This document shows, one piece after another, positions 54,401-63,400 of a stretch of 64,000 nt of DNA. Where the stretch lies: the NCBI GenBank assembly GCA_015233115.1, contig JADFYJ010000012.1:15557-79556 (forward strand), written 5' to 3'. A program made the position numbers and the translations under genes. Source of the stretch: Candidatus Omnitrophota bacterium (lineage in GTDB: Bacteria; Omnitrophota; Gorgyraeia; Zapsychrales; Zapsychraceae). The notes under the pieces were generated by a model, which did not search any database, was not told the DNA's origin, and saw only the letters and a list, made by a program, of their open reading frames with translations. Numbering within the stretch: position 1 is the stretch's first letter; each line of letters starts with the position of its first letter.

Positions 54401-57400
54401 CTACATAAATTTTTTTATTTGCTAAATCCACTAATTGATCAACGATAAATTCTGGCAATTTACCTCGTTCATCCGTCAAAGTTTCATCCACGTCAACCAC
54501 AACACCTTGATAACCCTGCGCCAAATATTCATTAAAACGATATAAATATCGGTCAATGTTTTCCGGCGAAACCTGGCTTGCTTGTTCATCATTTTTGATT
54601 GAATTCAATGCGTCAAAAATCAATTGCTTATTTATGGACGCTTTTCTGCCATTGTTTGCCTTATTTCGCATCAAATAATAATACTGCTGCACTTGAGCGG
54701 CTTCTTCTTGAGTATTAAAACCAATCACTTCATATGGATCAGAACAAGCAATTCCTATAACCGTCTCACCTAAACGAGTTAACAAAGGAATGATTTTTAA
54801 AAAATTTAATTCTGAGATTTTACCATCCATAACCCCGGAATCATTGATAAGCTTTTGATTATAAGCAAACACTTTTCGCTTATCAAAAATGAACACGCTA
54901 CTATCATGCTCACCAAATAAACGTTTTTGTTCAGGGTGTTCTTTGGTTAGAAAAATACCCTCGACCTCCCCTTGGTCATTTCGGGTTAATCCGGCATACG
55001 GCTCTCGTTCCCAAACCGTAGGCATGGTCATAACCGTATGATCTAATAACTGGTGAACAGCCAAAGCGGTTTTTAAAGTCTTATCTTGAATATTTGTAAT
55101 ATCACCCCACATCAGCAATACGTCTCCATCGAAATCTTTTAAAATGCGTTCACTGCTCATCAACGCAACGGCTGTTCCGGGGAGAGTTTTAACCACTACA
55201 ACTTCCACTTGATACTTTGGATAAGTGGTTAAGAAATCGTTGATCGCGAACTCGTCTTCTTCCCTTACAACTAAGACTGGTTTAGTATCAATATTTTTAG
55301 TTGCTTCTAAAAGATGCGCCAAATTAGGACGTCCGGCTATGGGATACAACACTTTAGGTTTATCCGACTGCAGACGGGAAGCTTTTCCTGATGCTAAAAT
55401 AACCACGCGTACAGGCCGAAGGGGTCGGTATTGCCCAATGTCCTTAATGCCGGCCAAATCGCAAATAATATTTTTAATTTTTCCTTCATAGTCATCAAAT
55501 AAAATTGGATTATTTAATAAATACCTTAATTGATCTTTGGCCTTTGCCACCAAATCATACAGATTTTTATGGGTTAACCGTCCTTTAAAAATTCTATATC
55601 CAAGATCATCCAAACCCTCCAGACTACACAAAATTTCAGCCGTTAAATGCGAATCATGCTTCCCGCCCTTGCTAATCGCCGCTTTTATCGGTTCAATGCC
55701 CATAGAACAAATATATTCGTCATCAATCGGTATATGATGAGCTTGCACGACACCATCTGTCCGGTTTCCGTGATAATCCACCAAGACATAATCAAGGACA
55801 GAATCAACCCCCGTGTCTTTTCCGTCATTGAGATACTGCTGCAATTGACGCATATTTTCACCTACCGTCAATTTCCCCCTTTCACGGACTAAATTAGCTA
55901 CGACTATTTTTAAACATTTTTTTTCCCGTACCGCCTGCGCAATGCCCTGGGTTATTAATGTGGGCGACAAGCTGGAGTCAAAAGTCGTGGGAGCAAACAC
56001 AATCGCGTTAGTCCCTTTTATCGCGTCCAGTGCTACTTGCTCCGCCTGAGGATAAATGGCAAAGCGGTTCTTCATAAAAGCTTTCTTTTCGACGATAGAA
56101 CAGCACGCGTTGAACTCTGCCATTTCATATTGATCAAGAGTTTTTCGTACTAAATATATAGCCGAAATTTCATCTTCCAAATTGCGGTCAACAATCTCCG
56201 CTTCACAATTTAATAATTGTCCCTGCTCAGTAATAGCCACCAGCCATAAAGGTTCCTGGTTATTTAAAACAATACTCCCTTTCAAATTAAAATCCTTAAT
56301 CATTCGATTAATAGCCTGGTGATAATCTCCACCATAAAAATAAAATGCGCCCACAAAAATTATGTTGCGCACACCGTAATCCCTCAAATCATATGTTTTT
56401 CCATTTTGCTGTTCCCATTCATCTAGTCTGGCGTTAAACGCACTTAAATAATTTAAAATAATTCGCCGCATTGACGGGTTAAGTTTGTCGACCAATCTCC
56501 CCAGCTCATTACTTAGATTCCGTTCTGCCGTGACATCCATGATCATTTGACGATAATAATTAACTGAACCTGTCCGCCCCAATCTGTGCTCTAATAGCTG
56601 AGTCATATCCGGGTGCAGATCTTGAAATAAAACCACCCAATTTTTCGCAATGTCTGACGGTCCCAACAAACCAAAATTTTTTCTTATATCCCCAGTACTC
56701 TTGCCATCATCATAAGCATTTAAAAGCATTACCGGGTTTACCCCTTGACCGAGTAACCCTGTGGTCAATTTGTTTGAGCCTGTTCCTCCCGAAAATATAA
56801 CCATAGAATTTTGACTATTTAATTTTTGCGCAAAAATTATTTCATATATCTTTACAAATTCTTCTTCTTTTTTATCCTCATTTGGACCTTTTTGAACGTT
56901 GGCCAGTTTTGCCCTCAAAACCCGTAAAACATCTTCTCTATTTTTTAAAATAGAGTGTTGTTCGATATAAGAAAATAGTTCCTGTCTACCCTGTGAACAA
57001 ACCTCCAACAAACTAGTCTTATTTAAACAAGGCCTAACACTGACTAAATTTAATTTTTGAACGGTTTCCAATATTTGTTGTTCGTACATATCATTTTCGA
57101 TAACGCTTTCCTGAGCACTACCAAAAAGGCCATCTGCTTTTTTTTCCTGCCCATATAAAATACTTGTTAACGGTCTCCGGTCCACGCCAAGACCAGAACC
57201 TTTTCTGGTCTTCGCGGTTAATAGTTTATTTTGTTCCGCGGCCACATATTGCTGCACATCCGCGCTGGAACCTAAAAGCATGGCATCGACAATTTCTAAT
57301 TCATCAAAAAGCTTCACGACATCATACAAACCTAGTTCATCTTTTTCCTCCGGATTGCCGCGCAAAGATATTTGGACAATTTTTCCGTTTTTATTTAAGC

Positions 57401-60400
57401 CAATGATCGACATCGCGAACCGCGCTACATTTTTATCCCAAGTCGCCTCGTGTTGAGCTATGTGAGGACAAGCTTTTTGAATTTCGGATATGCGGTTCTC
57501 ACCGTTAACCCTTAAAAGCGGTCCGGTCAGTGCGTTTTTAATATCATAAATGTCTTCTACTGCGGCACCATTTCTTATCGTCACCTTGCGGAAGCCTAAA
57601 TTATTCGAGTCCAAAACAAAAAACACATACTCACCATTTAATGGCGTGAATTCCTGCTGGCCAATGCCATGCGCAGTTTTTGAGATAATTTGTCCGTCAA
57701 CAATTAACAAAGTATTCGCCAAATAAAAATTCCCTTGATGTCCATTAACCGCAAAAATTAAATCCTTATTAGCCACAAATTCTTCTACGGTTAAACCCGG
57801 AAATTCCTTAAATTGCAACCCGTGATCCACCGCGAATTTTTCCAAAACAGCATACCGCGAAAAATCATACGCGCGTCCTTCCGGATCAAACCAAAGTTTC
57901 AAATCAATTTTAACGGGATCGAAAACTATCACCCTGCCTTGCGCAGCCTGATTATCCTTTTCAAATGAAACATCAGAAATCACAACACCATTGCCGGCTG
58001 GCCGATTCTCAGAAATATTAAATAGTGATAATGCATTAACATTTTGTAATAATTTTTTTCTATATATTTTTTCCTGTTCTTCCAAAAATAATATATGCCC
58101 AGCTCCTTCCTCCACAACCATCCCTGTACTGACATCCATTTTAATGAGCTCATACAATAATGGATAAAGCCGATGGTTAAAAACAGCGGCCAATTTCTCA
58201 AATGAAACTTTAGGATCCCGTACCACTCCACCAAAACAATGATTGTTTACCAGCCATGTTACATCGCGTACGACCCCGGCCCCAAAGCCTATTTCTCTTA
58301 ATATACGACGGGTCATAACCGCTGAATATCGATTATGCTGTCTGCCTTTTTGATCCTTAAATGATTTCTGCCCGTCCGCATCTATTTTCTGCAACGCGGG
58401 ATGTCCTTTTGAAATGTCGTGGAAAAGAACAGCCAGTTGTAAAATAAACTTGCTTTCTCCCAAAATCAGTTTAGGAAAATGATTAAATAGATGAATCGTA
58501 TGCTGTAGCGCGTCACCTTCAAAATGAAATTTATAACCCTGATGCGCGCCGTCCAGTATAGATAAAAAGGGTAGTAAAGATGTCAACAGCCCATTCGTTC
58601 TTAAAATCTGCAGCGTTTGCCCAACATGAGGTGTCTTGAAAATATGTTCAATATTCAACCTAATATTGCCGGCATCTACAATCCCAATGCTGGCTAGTTC
58701 TCTTTGGATTTGTTTTAAATATAAACAGGTCTTATTAACTCCGGCTTCTTGTTTATCCGCAGGCCGTCCCGGTTCTTGAATAATAACGGCCATCCGCGTG
58801 TGATCAAATTCAAAACCATGGACGCTGAACTGAGCCAGAAGCAAAGTTTCATTTTCTTTGACCTCTATATCTTTAATCTCAACCGCCTGAACATTGGATA
58901 CCTGCGCATTCGCTGTGCCTCCCTTAACCAAAATAGCTTCTATGCGGCTTCGCCCATCTTTATTATGCTGATGCATGGCCTCTTGGCCCGTTGCTTCTTT
59001 AATTCCCACTCCGATCGCCGCGGATTTAGGAGTAATGAGCGCCATTTTCGACGGCATAGCCATAGTTTCTCTATAAATTGACGCCAGCAACAACCCGTCC
59101 TGATCCCGGTAAACTTCAGCGGCAATTGCCCCATCCCGTATTATAAATCGGCCGTCCGCGGTTTCCTGTTCCCCCTCGATCATTTCGTGTCTGTCCGCGA
59201 CAACCGCTAGCTCGTCAGTCTGCCGGTAAACCAAATATTCTGAATCTTTGGCAAAAGTCAGATCCATATGGCTAAAGGACGCGATAATATCCCCCGCTTT
59301 GACCAGGAATTCCCGACCATCCGCTTTAATTTTAACTACTGCCTCGCCGCTCTTTAAATAAATGACAGCCTCATATTTCTCATTCGCAAAACCGGTCATT
59401 GATGAACCGCTTCGATACGATCCGGTTTCTATCTGAATCGGATCATTAATACTGGTTCGCGCTTTATTACCTACCTTAATCTTTATCGCCACGTCTTCAT
59501 CTTCAACTTCCACCAACTGCATCATGCCAATTTCTTGTTTCACTTGATCAACAGCGGCTTGGATATCCGTCGGAAGCTTACCGCGATCAACACCCTCGAA
59601 TGATAAAGCCGGAATATAATTAAATCTCGGCTTAGCATAAATTTCTAATTTCTCGGCTTCATCAATTAAAGTTGCCAGATAATCAAGATCATCTAATAAA
59701 TCCCCCTCAGGAATAAATGCCGCGCGGTTGAATGCTTTGACATCCGGATATTTAGTTCTAAACCATTTATCAAAAGTTAAGCCCATTCTTCTTTGCAAAG
59801 GCGGTTGTTGAATGAGAATCACCTTGTCTACCGGTAATCCTAAAAATTCAATCTTGTCGCGGGCTAATTCAACATTTTCCTGGCAATTGCGGGACTCAGT
59901 TACAAGATAAAGTTTTATGTTATTAATTTCAGCTTCACTCAAACCTTCTCCCCTAAGATATGCCCTGAACACTTGCTCCATAATTTCCGCCTCCGCCAAC
60001 CCGGAAAGCTTATCCGTAGATATCTGAAGATATTTTGCCGCCTCTTCCACCAAATTCACTGTCGAATGCCCAATCCCGCCGACAAACATAATGGCATCCG
60101 CCTTACCATCCAAATATAAACGAGCCGTTTCAAAAACCGTTTCAAGATATTCGTTGCCGAAAGCCATAATCCAATCAACCTTGGCGGGCAGCGCGTCTCT
60201 TTGGGCGAGAAAAGAAACTAAAAAGTTTTTAGCTAAGGACGCGATACCAGCTACGGTTATAGTGCGCCTTATTACTTCTTCTTTTTTATCATTTAAAACT
60301 GTAATAACCCCTGGACCATTTTGAATTTTTCTGAAAATAGCATTTTCAACCGCGGATGGCTTTTCAGTAGGAACTTCAGATTCGATAAACTTAATATCTA

Positions 60401-63400
60401 CAAAACCTTCTTGTTGCGTTGCCGGTGGAGCGTTAGCTTGAACAACATTTTTAGTCTGCTCTAATATTGCGTCGATTTTTGTTTGGTAACAAGCTTTACT
60501 ATTTGCACCGGTCAGCATCAAAACAACATGTTTAACACCGATACGAATTAAGTATTCTTTCAAGTTTTGTAAAGCCACATAAGGAGTAACGGCTCCTCCT
60601 TCTGCGGCAATTCCCGCAAACAAAAACTCTTTTGCCGCATCATAAATATGTTTTGACGATACTGTGATCACCCCGTCACTTAAGGCGTTGAGTACTTCAA
60701 ATGCTGTTGGCTCCAAAACTTTTGTATCCAAACTATCCTCTGCTAATCTTCCGGAATAATCAGTATAATAACCAACCAATTTCCCTGCTTTTAATGAACA
60801 ATATGCATGTTTAGTTCTTTCGGTCTGAACAAGAAAAATCTTAGTCCGCGAATTTTCTCGTTTAAAAGCCAGCGTAACACCGCTGGCAAATCCACCAGAA
60901 CCAACCGGCGCGATAACAACTGCTCGATTCAAATCCATATTTTTTAATTTTAATTGTCGTATAATATTTTCATTCAATGCGGCATATCCAGCAATAGTAA
61001 ACTCATTGGCATGTCGTACAAAATACCTGTTCTCTTCCAGTTTAGACTGAGTTAACGCAGCATCATAAGCTTCTTCATAATTCATAAATTTTTGGTCTGT
61101 ATTATCTTTATATTGAACAACTTTTGCGCCTAGCTCTCTCATTTTTAATATTTTAGTTTCCGGAGTATTTGCTCCCACATAAATAATTGCCTCTAATTTC
61201 CTCCCCAACTTTTCTCCTACAACCTTTACAATATAGCTCATGGCAATTCCTTGATTTCCAGTAGTAGCAGTTACAAAACTATCTATTTTGGAATTGCTCC
61301 TGGCAATCTTGATCATCTCATATCCGGACCAAGACTTAAACGACCCTGTAGGTTGTTCACCCAACTCAACAACAACAGTGTTTAAATCTTCACTTTGAAA
61401 AATTTCAGAAATCTTAACTTCAGATAAACCTAATACGTCACCCAATACTACCTTAGCCTCATCTACATCAAAAATACTGTCTAATTCTCCATAATTATCC
61501 TCACCATCTCTGACTAAAAAACTAAAATCTAGGTTTTCAGTATGGATTTTAAACTGTGGTTTTGATAAATAACGCACACTCCTTAACAATTTGTCCAACC
61601 GATCACTTCTTCCTATTAGTTCTCCCAATGAATAATATTCATCTTCCGCACATTCTAAATATTTATCTCTTATTTCATTAAAAAATTCCCGGCCTTTTGA
61701 TCCGCCAAAATAATATTCATATGCCAAATATTTTAAAATATATTTTCGTGGATTATCCTTTAAGGTGAACTGCTTGGAAACCAACCTACCGCTTTGATCA
61801 TGATGTCTGATCCAAAATAAAGAATCGAATTCACTTGCCCTCTCGATTAAATAATCTCTAATTTGTTCCCTTAGGTCAAGGTCAGTTAAATTGGCTTGAT
61901 CAAAATACCTAAAGAAAAAATCAACTTCTTTTATAAACATCGTACCAAACGATATATCGGCAATCGATCGTTCCGGTATCATTCGTTTAATGTTCTCAAA
62001 ATTCATATCCCATTCTTTAATGAATCCATTTAAAGTTTGAGCGAAAAACTCAAGCATGTTGTCAACATCTTCATCCGCGGCATCTCTAAGCAAATTAACA
62101 TTAAAATCAAAATCTCCAAATTTCTCTACCCCTATTTTTTTTAATCCAGCCGCCAAAAAATCCAAACTCCCCCCAACCTCAATCGATATCAATTGAGGAT
62201 ATATTTCCTTTGTTTTTTCAGAGCTAATTCGAACAGCTTTTGAAAAAACGGCACATGGGAATGATTTTCTGTCCGTTAAATTATAACCATGATCGACTAA
62301 AGAAATACTTGCACGCATGAATTCTAATGTTTTTATTTTTAAGCGCCGGACAGCTTCTTCAATCACCTCATCAGCCACAATGCCATAAAACGCACCGTGA
62401 TCCAACTCCTCTATCGTCGCGTCTAAATTATCTTTATTATCTTTGAATTTTTGAATTGTACTCGCGCAATTTATAGAAGCCTGACCTTGAATATCAGATC
62501 TTTTTTTAATTATTTTTCCCATATTTACTAAATAAGCTTCCTTTTCACTTGCCCCTTCAAGATGTGCTTGCTCATGCACATCAATGGCTTGTTGATAAAG
62601 CCTCGACAAATGTTTAAACGCGATATCGTGTGAATTAGGCGTAGCCAGCGGAGCTGTTAACGCTTTATAAAAACCTTTGAATAATCCATATTCCTTGATA
62701 AACGCTTTTAATATTTCTACCGCTTGCCGCAGAAGACTCCTGCCCCCTCTTCGCAAGAAATAAATACCAAACCATACTGTTCCCCAAAAACATACCGCAC
62801 TATTCATCCAAATTTTTATATGTTCATAAACCACTAATACTTCTTTTAATTGTTCTTCTTTTTTGAGTTGTTCCTCTTTTGGCAGATGAGTATTCTTATC
62901 TCTATGCAATTCTTTGGCTAATTTATTTCGCGCGGCCTTCACTTCTGCCCAAGACGCGCCTTTTTGCAAACCTAAAACTTCAAAAGCAGGTGCTTCATGA
63001 CCGTTATTTCTGCTTCTGCGCTGATTTTTTTGCTCTTCGGATTTCTTTTCTTCTTCGTGTTGTCGCTTTTCCTCTCGCTTTCTTCGCTCCTCCTGCTCTT
63101 GTCGTTCTTTTTCTTCGCGTTTTGCTCTTTGCTGCTGTTCACGCTCTCGGTTGGCCTTATCTCTTTCTCTTTCCTGATTTAAAATTTTTTCATTATAAAT
63201 ACTGACTAAAATTTTATTAAATTTCCCAATATCCTCTCCACCTTCTAAATTATAAGCTTCAAAAAATTCATTATTAAATACTTTTTCGCAATCAATATTT
63301 TGCTCATGCAATCTATTTAAAAAATCAAGAATAAATTCAACCCGTGGCTGTACTTCATGCTTTTTAGAAGAATAAAGAGCTATTTCTAAAACTAAGCCCT

